Positions 20,847 through 33,709 of a DNA stretch of 39,050 bases are shown one piece after another. The notes beneath the pieces were generated by a model. It made no database searches. It worked only from the letters and a program-made list of their open reading frames with translations, and was not told the origin of the DNA. Each line of letters opens with the position of its first letter. Position 1 is the first letter of the stretch. Where the stretch lies: assembly GCA_023334545.1 (NCBI GenBank), contig JAADVB010000178.1, positions 1-39,050 of the forward strand, in the 5' to 3' direction. A program made the position numbers and the translations under genes. The stretch comes from Salisapilia sapeloensis CBS 127946. Taxonomy: Eukaryota; Protista; Oomycota.

Positions 20847-21008
20847 GTCGCCTCGTTCCGGATGCGTTTCTCCCGGAAAAGCTATAAATTGCCCCTTTTT
20901 CTCTTAACGTGGACAGGTCGTATAGAAATCACATGTCGTGTGTCCGAAGAGGCGACGCGGCGGCACTCGAGAACTCGACTTAGCTCGAGCTGGTACTAGG
21001 TAGAGACG

Positions 21009-22798
<1,790 letters not shown>

Positions 22799-22838
22799 GA
22801 TGCAATGGATTACTTTTTTCTTTTCTTTTTCTTTAGTA

Positions 22839-23902
22839 CTAGTTGGGATGCCCGATGGAAAAGGAAAGCATGCGAGAGGGGGAATGGAACGGGTATGTAG
22901 TAGTAGCAAAGTCTGTCGCGGATGCCGGACGCTTCTTCATTCGCTTCGGAGTCGGTCGAACGACACATGTGACGTTGTTTTCACCGTCTGGAGGTAGATC
23001 AAGGACGTTGACCAAGTCGTTGCTTTTGATTTTCATCGCTGGAGAGACACTAGGTGGTCCGGTACTAGGCGATGGACTGGGTGTCTTGAGTTCTCGAGAC
23101 GAGATGGATGTAGTGAAGAGAGGAGAGGATTGACATCTCGTCATCGACGTTTTTCTCGTCTTTCGCTTCGTACGTGGGTTTAATTTCATTTTCTTTGGTG
23201 TTGTAGATGGAATGTCTTCCTGGAGGAACGTCGAGACGTCAAAGGAATGGACATTTAGATCCTGTACTTGTTGCGTGAGACCGGTGTGGTGCTGGTCTTG
23301 ATAGACTTTCATATAGTATTCATTATGTGCTCGAAAACGATCCTTATTACGAACATCCTCAGGGGACATGGATAGCGAGAGCTGACCGCTTTGGCCAAGA
23401 ACGTAGAAAAAGTATGGTTTTCGATCGGAAGATGGTTTGACGGTCTCTGGACGAGGTGGTAGACGTGCCTTTAATTCGTTATTCACACGTTCATCATCGA
23501 CTCGTTCGCCATTGATAATAGCAAAGCGAGTCGATGATTTCGCTGGTGCTTGTGCATTGAAGTGCTCATGGACATCTGCAATGGTTGAGTCTAATAAGGC
23601 ATGTCGATGAGTGGATAAGAAAAATGATTTCGTAGTTGTCATATAGTTATGTCCACATGACTGAGGAGGATTGGAAGAAGAGTGGAGTGAGTGCACGTAC
23701 CGGAAGCTAGAGCCGGTGCTTCCATGTCAAAGCCATGGCCGAACTGTTCTTGGAAATGGTCGTCCAGTAACGCACTTGGACGTAGCCAATCGTGGTCATA
23801 CACGCCACATTCATCTACGTCCATGGCAGAATCTAATTCCTGCCAGTCCATTGCATGTATGCCGACATCGAGCGCCTGGAGGAGTTGATTGCCGTCCTCC
23901 AT
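22839..23902 (-). CDS. Hypothetical protein, probably 2 exons (acidic N-terminus, Ser/Pro/Thr-rich C-terminus)
   Basis: ATG at 23902. A phase-1 GTACGT donor at 23700 and an acceptor at 23591 join the two ORF-track pieces in frame. Confidence 0.6.
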
Positions 23903-24152
23903 GCTTAAAGTTTGCACTTGCTTGCTCTAATTCCTTCGGACGGTACTAACAGATAGTGTTTAAGAGCGTAATTCTCAAGGGATTTGTCACAGAATTCTAT
24001 TTATAGAGCCTTATCTTAACGACACTTTGTCCGTTAGACAAGGGAGATGGACAAGCAGATTCTTGAAGGGAAGTTGCGAATGGTGAGTACCATCCGGTAT
24101 ACTTTAACCAAGTGTAAATTTTATCCTTGGACACCAACCACCAAACGCAAAT

Positions 24153-26492
24153 ATGGTCCAGAAGCGAGGTGTCAAGTCTCGCTTTGGGACGTCCTCGAGC
24201 GGCAAGCAAAAGGCGAATCCGTTTGACATTCAGCGGAATGCATCTACCAAAAACGGTGTCTTAGGCAAGCGTACGTACGGTGCGGACCGTAACGTTGCGC
24301 AGGCACGAGCGCAGGCGGAACACAAGCGTCAGACGACGTTAAAAAAGGAATTTCAGACGCGATTTAAGAAGAATCGCTTTGCCGATAAGCGTATTGGTGA
24401 GCAGGATAGTAGCATCTCTGCTGAAGACAAGATGCTTCTTCGATTCCAAAAGGAACGTAAGAATCGAGTGTCCAAGCGGCAGGCGAAGAAGTATAATTTG
24501 ACCGATACCAAGGAAGCGGATAGTGACGAAGAGTTTTTGACACATAACGGAAGTAAATTCAATCCGGAAGATGTGAATGGGGAAGAATTGGAGGAAGAAG
24601 ATGTTGGTGAAGTCGATCATGAAGTGCTGTCGAAACTCCATTTTGGTGGTGGCAATGATCAGCAAGACGATGGTCGTAAGAAGACGCACAAGGAGATTAT
24701 GCATGAGGTGATGCAAAAGGCGAAGAAGCACAAGGCTGAACGTCAGCAGCAAAAGGCGCATCAGGAAGAAGAGACGGATAAGTTGGATGAGAATTATAAC
24801 GACCTCGTAGGTCTCCTGTCCTTCCGTCCGACTCGGAAGGATGGGAAGGAGAAGGAGAAGATGGAGATGGATGCGTTTGACAAGATGACGCGTGAGTTTG
24901 CGTTCGAAGCTCGAGCGAAAGCAAGTGAACGTCGTCAGAGTCCAGAAGAGATTGCTCAGAAGGAAAAAGATAAGCTAGAGAAACTAGAAAAGGAGCGTGT
25001 TCGACGTATGAACGGTGAAGAGGGTGGAGAGGAGAAGAAGGGGAAGAAGAGTAGGAAGGATAAGAAAGCGACGAAGAAGGGGGAGATTGTCATGATGAAG
25101 AAACCGGCGTACGTGACGGATGATGATCTCAACCAAGGCTTTGAAGTCGATCCAAAGTTCATCCAGGAAGATGAAGAGGAGGAAGAAGAAGGGTCTGACT
25201 CAGATTCAGAAGAAGAGTCTGACTCGGAGGAAGAATCGGAGGAAGAGGAAGAGAAGAAGCCAAAGACCAAGGAGACGTCGGAGCTTCCGTTTGTCTTTGC
25301 CTGTCCAGAGTCTCCTTCAGACTTGCAAGCCTTATTCGATGAGCACGCGAGTGACTCGACGCAGCGTAGTCAGATCATCGATCGTCTGCTCAAGTTCTAC
25401 TCTCCGAAGCTGAGTGTTGAGAACCAAAAGCTCATGCGTCGTTTCTTTGCCATTTTACTCAAAACTTTTCTCTCGTATGCTCGAAACTATTCGTCATCCA
25501 AGCAAGATGTAGACTACTTGACGACACACTTGTATACGTTAGCTCAGTCGCTACCACAAGATGCAGGTGTCGTCTCTCGTGAGTGGATTCAAAACGCTTT
25601 GAAGCGAAGTACAAATGGTACAGTCAAGATGGAAGAAGTCTTGTTGATGAAAGCATTGAGCCAGGTCTTTCCAGTCACGGACTTTCGACATAACGTCGTG
25701 TCTCCGATGGAAACACTCGTCGGATGTAGTCTCCAGACACTTGTTCAACAAGACGTCTCGTCCGTCGGTCTTGCGTTATGTGCATTGAGCTTAGATATGA
25801 CGAGAGAGAAGGAACGTTTTATGCCAGAAGTCGTGCTCTACCTCACTCATGTCGTATCTAGCTATGCGCATACGTCGGAGGAAGAGGTAGATGTCGTTAA
25901 TCTCGGCCAAGACGCGAGTAAGACGCAGCAGCTATGCTCTGCACTTGCTTTGATCGACCTCGTAGGTCTTCAGTACAGTCATCTAGATGCGTTTCCTGAC
26001 CTCATGGCACCTCTTCTCTCTGCTCTACGCCTCCAAACAGGCTCGACGTGCAGTCAGCAAGTGTCCAAGACACTCGACGCTCTTGTGTCTCGAACAAACG
26101 ACGCTCTTGGTAAGAGGAATCCGCTACGTCTCCAAGCATTCGCAGCCAAGGCGCTACCGACGTTTACGCCCAAGTACGATCCAGAGTACGTCGTTCGGAA
26201 GGATAAGACAGCTGGACGAGAGAAGGCAGAGCTGAAAAAGCTCCAGCGACAGGTGAAGCGAGCGAAGCGTGGAGCTGTGCGCGAGTTACGTCGAGACGGA
26301 GAGTTCCTTGCGCGAGAGCAAGAGAGTGAACGTAAGAGCCGAGCGGATGAGAAGAAGAAGGAGCAGCGGGAGATCCAGGCGTGGTTGTCTGAACAGAATG
26401 CGACGTTTAATCAACAGGTGAAAAAGGGTGGTGAGATGCTGAAGGGTGGTGGTGCTGGTCCGAAGAACAAACGTCAACGCAAGAATAGATAG
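24153..26492 (+). CDS. NOP14: Nucleolar protein 14 (SSU processome), 779 aa
   Basis: NPFD, KKEFQTRFKKNRFADKRIGE, LTHNG, KTHKEIMHEVMQKAK, FAFEARAKASER..PEEIA, VTDFRHNVVSP and KGAVRELRRD-type motifs. Confidence 0.95.
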   Translation: MVQKRGVKSRFGTSSSGKQKANPFDIQRNASTKNGVLGKRTYGADRNVAQARAQAEHKRQTTLKKEFQTRFKKNRFADKRIGEQDSSISAEDKMLLRFQKERKNRVSKRQAKKYNLTDTKEADSDEEFLTHNGSKFNPEDVNGEELEEEDVGEVDHEVLSKLHFGGGNDQQDDGRKKTHKEIMHEVMQKAKKHKAERQQQKAHQEEETDKLDENYNDLVGLLSFRPTRKDGKEKEKMEMDAFDKMTREFAFEARAKASERRQSPEEIAQKEKDKLEKLEKERVRRMNGEEGGEEKKGKKSRKDKKATKKGEIVMMKKPAYVTDDDLNQGFEVDPKFIQEDEEEEEEGSDSDSEEESDSEEESEEEEEKKPKTKETSELPFVFACPESPSDLQALFDEHASDSTQRSQIIDRLLKFYSPKLSVENQKLMRRFFAILLKTFLSYARNYSSSKQDVDYLTTHLYTLAQSLPQDAGVVSREWIQNALKRSTNGTVKMEEVLLMKALSQVFPVTDFRHNVVSPMETLVGCSLQTLVQQDVSSVGLALCALSLDMTREKERFMPEVVLYLTHVVSSYAHTSEEEVDVVNLGQDASKTQQLCSALALIDLVGLQYSHLDAFPDLMAPLLSALRLQTGSTCSQQVSKTLDALVSRTNDALGKRNPLRLQAFAAKALPTFTPKYDPEYVVRKDKTAGREKAELKKLQRQVKRAKRGAVRELRRDGEFLAREQESERKSRADEKKKEQREIQAWLSEQNATFNQQVKKGGEMLKGGGAGPKNKRQRKNR

Positions 26493-26526
26493 GTTCCTTT
26501 TGTCATTTCGTTCCTGTCTTTTGTCG

Positions 26527-28111
26527 TTAGAATGCCCATTGGGAAGGTAGGACAAGTAGTGGCGTGAAAGCAAGCCAGAAGAGTATGTCTAGCTTGGTCC
26601 ATTTCGACTCTTCACTCTTCTTCTTACTCGAGTGGAAGTAGAGATACGTCCAGAGGATGAAGAGGGAGAGGAAGAGGAGAATGCTGCCGTAAACGAGACG
26701 AGAGGGAGTGTTACTAAAGAGTGTCGGGTGCTGTGTCCCGAATTTCACCCAGTTGAGGACTTCGAGGGAAGCGATGGAGAAGACGAGCCACGCGTTCTGA
26801 CCGATGCGACGGCAGTTGGGATTCGACAGGAACTCATAGTACTCTGCAGCGGCAGGGATGCCGAGGAGGAAGATGAGTGAGAGTCTGTAGGCGTTAAAGT
26901 CACTTTCTTTGGGTACTTCGAGAGACGTGAGGAGGAAGAAAGCGTTGAGTTCAATGAGGAGGATTGTGACGATGGCAAAGACGACTTGAGCGAGGCGTTG
27001 GAAGCTCGAGAAGACTTCCCAATGATATTGCGACCAACTGACGGGAGTGAATTGCTGCAGGACACGGACAAAGTACCCAGTCTTCTTATCCTTTCGACCA
27101 GACCAGTCGTAGTCTTTCGACTCGAGGATCCGGAGCGTTAGGCGACCGAGACACATGCCAATGAGGTTGGCTCCTAGAGAATCTAAGAGGAGGGAGTCCC
27201 ACCTAGTTACTGCGATTAGATACGTATGAGAGTAGATAGAAGGATGAGAGCATACCAGCACTCTTGAAAGTCTGGGATGGTGAATTGGAGCGAGAGTTCT
27301 AGGAGCTCAAAGAAGACGGACAGGACCCAACAGAAGCGCCAGTCTCGAAACATGCACATTTTACCCCACCATCCTGTCACGTGAGCTAAGAACCAGATAG
27401 ATGACACTCCTTTCTTGATGTTCTACATGCTCATGTTAGTTTCAGAGCACGAGAAGAGAGAGAGAGAGGTGGACCTGGTAGTTTAAAGTGCAGTCGAGAG
27501 CACCAGGCTGTGTAGTTGGCTGGACACCTACTTCCGGAAATAGGATCTGCATTGCTTTCATTGCACTCTCTCGGTTCTGGACAGCCATGCCGGCGAGAAG
27601 GACCAAGTATGCGACGCCACAGCCGTGGACGATGCGCCATAGACCCGGATGTGGACGGACGAGGAGACTGTCTCGAGTCTGCAAGAAGCAGTAGACTAGA
27701 AAGATCAATAGAGCAGTGGCTAGAGCTGTCCTGAGGTTCTGTTTATCATCCTACATACGCGAATAATGTATCAATATGCATATAGTGCCAAGACGAGTGA
27801 CCTACCTGCGTGTCGTGTGTAAAAGAGTAGTAGGCAAGAGCAGCAATGACGATGACAAGCATCGTGAGCTGCCGAGGTTTTTCCCTGAAGAGAATCTCAT
27901 TGTCATCTTGCAATACACGAAATGTATTGTGTGCATAGCTGTCGTATCGACCGGCGTCGAGAGAGGATCGATCGAGATCTTTATCATTTTCATCAGAAGA
28001 ATTGTTATCTTCATGTGAATTTCGACTGCCATTGCTGTCAGTATGGTCCGTTGGAGCTCCATTGCGACGACGGTTGCGCAGAGCGTAGCGAGTCTGTGGC
28101 CGAGACGCCAT
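26527..28111 (-). CDS. Phosphatidylserine synthase, base-exchange (PTDSS/PSS) family, 4 exons
   Basis: LVRPHPGLWR, FLAHVTGWWGK, FELLELSL..PDFQECW|WDSLLLD, LIELNAFFL and SLEVLNWVKFG motifs. Confidence 0.92.
27455..27468. repeat. (AG)7 microsatellite inside a PSS intron
   Basis: AGAGAGAGAGAGAG read directly; it forms a pyrimidine tract on the coding strand. Confidence 0.8.
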
Positions 28112-28299
28112 TGCTAGACGATGGATAGTGCGGTGCGCTTTCTAGCTATCTGGTATACATTAGTGCAACTTTCATGAGACCTGTTACACCTTGAAGGGTT
28201 GCATTCGCTTCAACTTGGTCTTCTGTCGGTTTCGACTTGGTCCTGTCCTTCATGACGACGTGGGTGTGACTAGATCGAAACAAAGGTGTGGGAGAGATC

Positions 28300-29111
28300 A
28301 TGGTATGCTTCTTTCGATGTTTATCAATTGGAAATATGGATAATAAAGATGTGTGAGAAAGGCAGAGAATTTTGTTTGGAAATATATATCGCAGCATGAG
28401 CTAAAGCAGTTAGCCAAGCTTTCTACTGCGGAAGACTGCAAGAGGTACTTTACATGCTTACTTTGTACTAATAAACGATTGTTGATTGAATATCTGAGTA
28501 GCTTTCTGGCGTCGACGTTTTCGTATGATCTGAAGCAGCATCCAGTGGAAGAAGTTCTTGTGGACTTTCATTTCTTCACCTATGCATTTTGTCGTGAACA
28601 GTACTTCGAGATGGATCAAACGTCCGTTGTACTCAGTATCCTCGAAAGTTTAATCCAGCACGACTTTTGCTCGACAAGTACGACATCTTTACAATCAAGT
28701 TACCAAGTCTTTCAAGAACTAGTCCTTCGACATAGTGTACAGCGACCACCTAAGAGGTATCTTCAACCGCATTCTACGTTTCAATTCCAACTAAATATTG
28801 ACTTGATTCACCAAAGCATCCAGCTCTTTCGTGAGAAAGATGTGACGAGTATCGTAGATTACTTTGCTACATCATACTACCGTCATTTCTCCTTGTACAA
28901 GTCCATCTTCACACCGTACGTCCAGACACAACTCTACCAAGTATCCTCGAACGACGTCGAGACACCAACACCAGCTCAACCACTTTGGGAAGGAGCTCAG
29001 CTCTGGAAACTCATGCCTGCACCAGACGACATCCTCGATGCATTTCTCCCGCGAGAAGAAGCACCAGCAGAAGAGGAACAAGAAACAGAAGAGAATAATG
29101 AATTAACCTAG
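28300..29111 (+). CDS. CFAP119: Flagellar central-pair C1a-32 / CFAP119 (CLAMP family) protein, about 4 exons
   Basis: VLVDFHFFTYAFC..DQTSVVLSIL, FQELVLRHSVQRPPK|SIQLF and VDYFATSYYRHFSLYKSIF motifs. Start (ATG plus intron) is tentative. Confidence 0.8.
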
Positions 29112-29145
29112 ACTATACCATCTTCTGTACACCAACTAGTCGTGT

Positions 29146-32100
29146 CTATTTATCCTCTTCTATTCCTCCATATTCCTTCTTGAGTTTCCACTTCCCTTTT
29201 GTATTCACCGCCATCTTCCGTAGCAGTTCTCGAAACACGACTTTCTGTTCGACACTCACAGAGTTCCCGAATGTATCTAGTATCTGTTGCGTCGAGACAC
29301 CTTTTTCTTTATTCCCAGACATAGTCAAGTACGCCTGCAATTGTCGTGTCAACTGACTCGGCGTCAACTCTTTTCCTCCTTCCTGTCGCATCCGATCAAA
29401 CGCACTCGCCTGCGATCCCACGCCTTCCTTTCTCTTCTTCATCTTCGCCAGCAACGCCTTGGAGCTTCTTGCCTGAGCTCTTCCACCCACAACTCCTGCC
29501 CGTTTCTTCTCCTCTTCACTCGGATCGCCAGCCGTCCCTTGCTTCCCAGTCCACGTGAGCACGAAGCGATTGCGTTGACTCACTTCGGCCGTCTGTTGGT
29601 TTCGAACGATGTCGCTCGAATATCTCAGCGCTTCCAACGCTGCCTTGGCGATCTTCTCCGACTCCATCTCGATCAAAGACGCTTCTTGGTTGGCAACACC
29701 ATCCGCTTCGAGCACATTATGATCAAAAGCACCTTGGAGCTGGTCTCCATAGTTGGTGAACAAGTGCTTAAGGACAGCATCATTATCTCCATCCTCTTCT
29801 TCCTTCTGCTCCTCCTTTTGTTCAGTAGGATCTGGTAGATGGCCTGCATAGGCTAAAGCACTCGTTTCAACTAGTCCCGTTAACTCGTTTTTACTAGATG
29901 CTTGTGTCTTGGATGCATCCGTCTTTGCGTTCGGTGCATCCAGCGTAAAGAGTTCACGTAACGTATGCTTATTAAATACACGCTTCCGCTTTGCGTCTTG
30001 TAGGACTTTGGACGTCAAGTACTGCTTGAATAATTGTCTACATCCATGCTATAAGGATTTATTAGGTAGTAAGGAAGAGGGTGAGGAGTATACCGATGAT
30101 AGATCTTCTCTTCAATCGTCCCAGAAGTGATTAATCTATAGATCGTTACGTCTTTCTGCTGACCAAGTCGCCATGCTCGTTCCCTCGCCTACAGCACTAG
30201 ACATAAGATAATTGTATAGCACAAGTAACAAGACACGTACTTGGACATCGGTAGAAGGGTTCCAGTCTGGATCAAAGACCACGACTCGGTCTGCTCCAGT
30301 TAGATTTACGCCAAGACCTCCTGCTCTCGTCGTGAGTAAGAAGATAAAGTACGGGCTAGATGGATCATTGAACTCGTCCAAGAGCTTCTGTCGTTGCTTG
30401 ACAGGCGTCGTCCCATCTAGTCTACAGAACGCATAGTGATGGTACTGTAGCATTCCTTCCAACATATCTAGCATCTGTCTCGTCTGCGTGAATAACAGCA
30501 CTCGATGCTTTTGCTGTTTCCAGATGCGAAGGACTTCCACGAGTACTTGCATCTTACCACTTGCTTCTTCCTTTGTCTCATCCCATTCGTCCATGAATTC
30601 CTCGTCACTATCATCTTTCGACTTCAATTGCTTCCGGCGGAAGAGATCGGGATGGTTACAGATATGTCGTAGCATTCCAATAGCACGGAATGGCCTGATC
30701 TCTCGGCGGATGACAAGTGCTACTTCATTTGATGCAAGGTACTGCTGATACAAAGTCGTTTGACGCTCAGAAAGGTTACAGAATAAAATATGTTCATGCT
30801 TTTGAGGTAACGACGATGCGAGAGCTGCTTCTTGTTTCGATCGACGAAGAAAGTAGGGAGCAATGAGGTCTTTTAGTACGAGAGCACACTTGTACGCCAT
30901 GACGACTTGCATCTTGGATGCATTTGCGTATCCACCACTACGAATTGGCAGAACAAACTCGTCTTCAAACGTGGGGAGAGTACCTAATTTGCCAGGGAAA
31001 ACAAAATCAAAGAGTGACCAGAGCTCTCGTAGATGGTTCTGGATAGGTGTCCCTGTGAGGATGATACGATGTGGAGTACGTAGCTGTTTACACACGAGCG
31101 TGATCTCTGCATCAGGGTTCCTAATCTTATGACCTTCATCAAGAATGACATAGTCCCACTCGACTTCGAGTAGCAAGTCTTGATAGCTACGGACGTTCTC
31201 GTACGTCGTGAGCAAGATGACGCCGGATGGATCTGGTTCACGTCGAGAAGGATGCGGGAGGATGCTGCCGAGTAAGTCTGCGTAGGACAAGTTGGATTGG
31301 CTAGACGAGTGCATGAGACACACACGGAGGTGAGGAGCCCACTTGTGAAGCTCTCGCACCCACTGTAGTAGGACGGAGGCTGGTGCTAGTAGGAGCGAGA
31401 CAGTCGGTAGTCGATGAGCAGCATGCATGGCTGCCATAAACGCTGCAATCTAATGGAAAGATTCAATATCATGACTGTGCCTAGTCTAGGCTATAAGGTA
31501 CCTGGACGGTTTTGCCGAGTCCCATGTCGTCTCCTAGTATTCCGCCGACATGCTCTTCATGTAGCTTGTGCAGCCACTCGAGAGATTCTTTCTGATGATC
31601 GAATAAATGTGCGTATACGTATTTCGGTACAATGAGACCGCTGTCTGTTTCAATAGTATCGCGAGGTGTATATGCCTGTCCTACATCAGACGCAGGCTGG
31701 TTGTAAAAGTTCTGTCTGTCATGGCTGTCAAAGACTGATGTCAAGTACCCCATACGAGCATGATAGGACTTGAGATCACTGTCATCTGGCCAATTGGCTA
31801 ATACCTCGTCTTCAGTTTGCAGCGTATCATCGCCCAAATCCTCCAATGCGCTGCTGTCGAGAGTATTCGAAGATGATGGAGCTATAGTACTTGCTCGATC
31901 TCCTTTGACTAATCGTTTCATAGGCTTTTTCGTAGCTTTCTTACTGCGTTTACGCTTGCTAGAGGTGTTTTTACTTGGAGAATAGTCCGAATCATCGTCG
32001 AAAGATGGTGATTCCTTGTCCGATGGTGAGAATGGAGACGAAGAGATGGAAGCTTGGTCTCCATCTACAGTGTTTATTGCTGCTTTATCTTCATAATCGA

Positions 32101-32164
32101 TATTGAATACATCAATAGGATGTGCGTCTTTTGGTGGTGTTGGCGGTGGAGTCGTATCATCCAT
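29146..32164 (-). CDS. ERCC6: Cockayne syndrome B / Rad26 SNF2-family translocase, 4 exons
   Basis: [66 protein letters not shown]|[10 protein letters not shown] and a C-terminal winged-helix-like FRELL..WKLK. Introns of 51, 52 and 56 nt. Confidence 0.93.
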
Positions 32165-32402
32165 AATAAATGCTAGACAGTGGAAAGTAGACGAGTACTA
32201 GCCGAATGTCTCGAGTCGATTATATGTGGTGCTGGTCCGATTTATACATTACCGAATTGTCTATCGAATGATATCATTTACATGAGATGCTGGAAGGTTT
32301 CTGATGAGATAATGGAATGATGGTCGAGTCATCTGTGTAGTTACCTCGGAAGCTATTTATATGCGTCCGACTAGCATTAAACCGCCCGACAGTTGATTGC
32401 AG

Positions 32403-33355
32403 ATGGATGACTATGACGTACTTGGCACTGGATGCCTATCGATGCGTCCTCTACGCTACTTGTAAGTTTCGTAACTTGGACTTTCGAGGTGTCCACGAGG
32501 TAATGTAGACAAGTAGATTCGATGTCGATGCAGATATTGCACTTTTAGCACCTACGATTCAAGCGAATGGAGATCGGACGCTTGTCAATTTGCACGTATA
32601 TATAGGTATTGAGCCATATGATCGACCTTCTCGTCGGTTGATTGACGAGACCGATCGAGAATCGACCGCGTCGATCGTCGAGTGTGAAGATGATGAATTA
32701 CATCACTACAAGGGGAAATTCGTCAAAGTAACACTCAGGACAACCCCTACTAATATGTACTTGGCAAGTGACAGTACGGAGCCTTGTTTAATGTATCAAT
32801 TCCATCCGAATGGGGATACCTTTCAGTTTCCAATGCGTCATGAAAATGTGTACATGCAGCTTCTATTCCTCATATAGTTCTTCTTGACAATCTCTGTCGT
32901 AGACGATGAAGATTTTGGTCACGGAAGCACTTTTGACGCACATTGATAAAGCACCTCTATCGTTCCAAGCCATCCAAAAACAGATACAAGACACGGATAA
33001 AGATGACGACGACAGTAAAGATGCGGCAGATACAAAAGAAGACATGCTTGCAGTGAAAGAGAAGGAGAAAGAACAGTTCGATAATTTAATGCAAGAGCAT
33101 CAGCAACTACTCCAGCAGTTCCAGCTAGCTACTGGTCAGTCAGATGAAGCCATACAGGTCGATGTAGTCATCAACTTGTTGTGTATTGAACCTAAACTTT
33201 ATGTCATGAAATAGCTAATGAAGCATCAATTGCTTCAAGATGCACAAGATCGAGATGCGTTACAGGATCGAATGAGACGTATGGAGGAAGCTACGGCGGA
33301 GGCACTTCGCCGCCAGAGTGAAAAACCACAAAGTAAATTTTGCACTCTCCAATAA
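32403..33355 (+). CDS. Hypothetical spliced protein: C2-like region, coiled coil, C-terminal CaaX (CTLQ); 5' end unresolved
   Basis: Introns at 32462-32516 and 32848-32902 (55 nt each) and about 33158-33214 give a continuous frame ending SKFCTLQ* at 33355. Confidence 0.65.
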
Positions 33356-33360
33356 ACTGA

Positions 33361-33615
33361 CTATTTCTTCTTTCTCGTCATGGCTTCCAAAAGCTCTGGT
33401 TCTTCCTTGACAAGGTCCAAAACCTCCAAAGCTTGTTCTCCTTCACGACAATAAGCTGCAATCTTCTCTTCATCCACTTCATGCTTTCGAAAAAAGATTG
33501 CTTCTCTCATATTATACATCATCTTTCGACCGATAGAAGGTACTGGGAATGCTCTACAAGCTCTCACCGTCGCTCGGTAGAGCATTAAGGTCCGTTGATG
33601 TCGATTGCGTGCCAT
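33361..33615 (-). CDS. LYR-motif (Complex1_LYR) mitochondrial protein, 84 aa
   Basis: TLMLYRATVRACRAFP..MREAIFF..G pattern and typical size. The specific LYRM paralog was not determined. Confidence 0.8.
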   Translation of the reverse strand: MARNRHQRTLMLYRATVRACRAFPVPSIGRKMMYNMREAIFFRKHEVDEEKIAAYCREGEQALEVLDLVKEEPELLEAMTRKKK

Positions 33616-33624
33616 GTGTGTGGC

Positions 33625-33701
33625 GATTGGCTGAAAGCACGCTATGCGTCCGTTTGATTGGCTTCATCTGATTAATCCTTGAAGTGGTCATTCCCCAATT
33701 C
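33625..33701. promoter_or_regulatory. 94-bp bidirectional promoter (LYR / CREG) with two CCAAT boxes and an INR+FPR
   Basis: GATTGGCT at 33625-33632, TTTGATTGGCT at 33653-33663, and TCATTCCCCAATTC at 33688-33701 directly before ATG 33710. Confidence 0.75.
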
Positions 33702-33709
33702 GACGCGTC

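Noticed and set aside
28146-28397. 83-aa minus-strand ORF between PSS and CFAP119
   Set aside because: It spans the divergent promoter and the CFAP119 first intron and has no motif.
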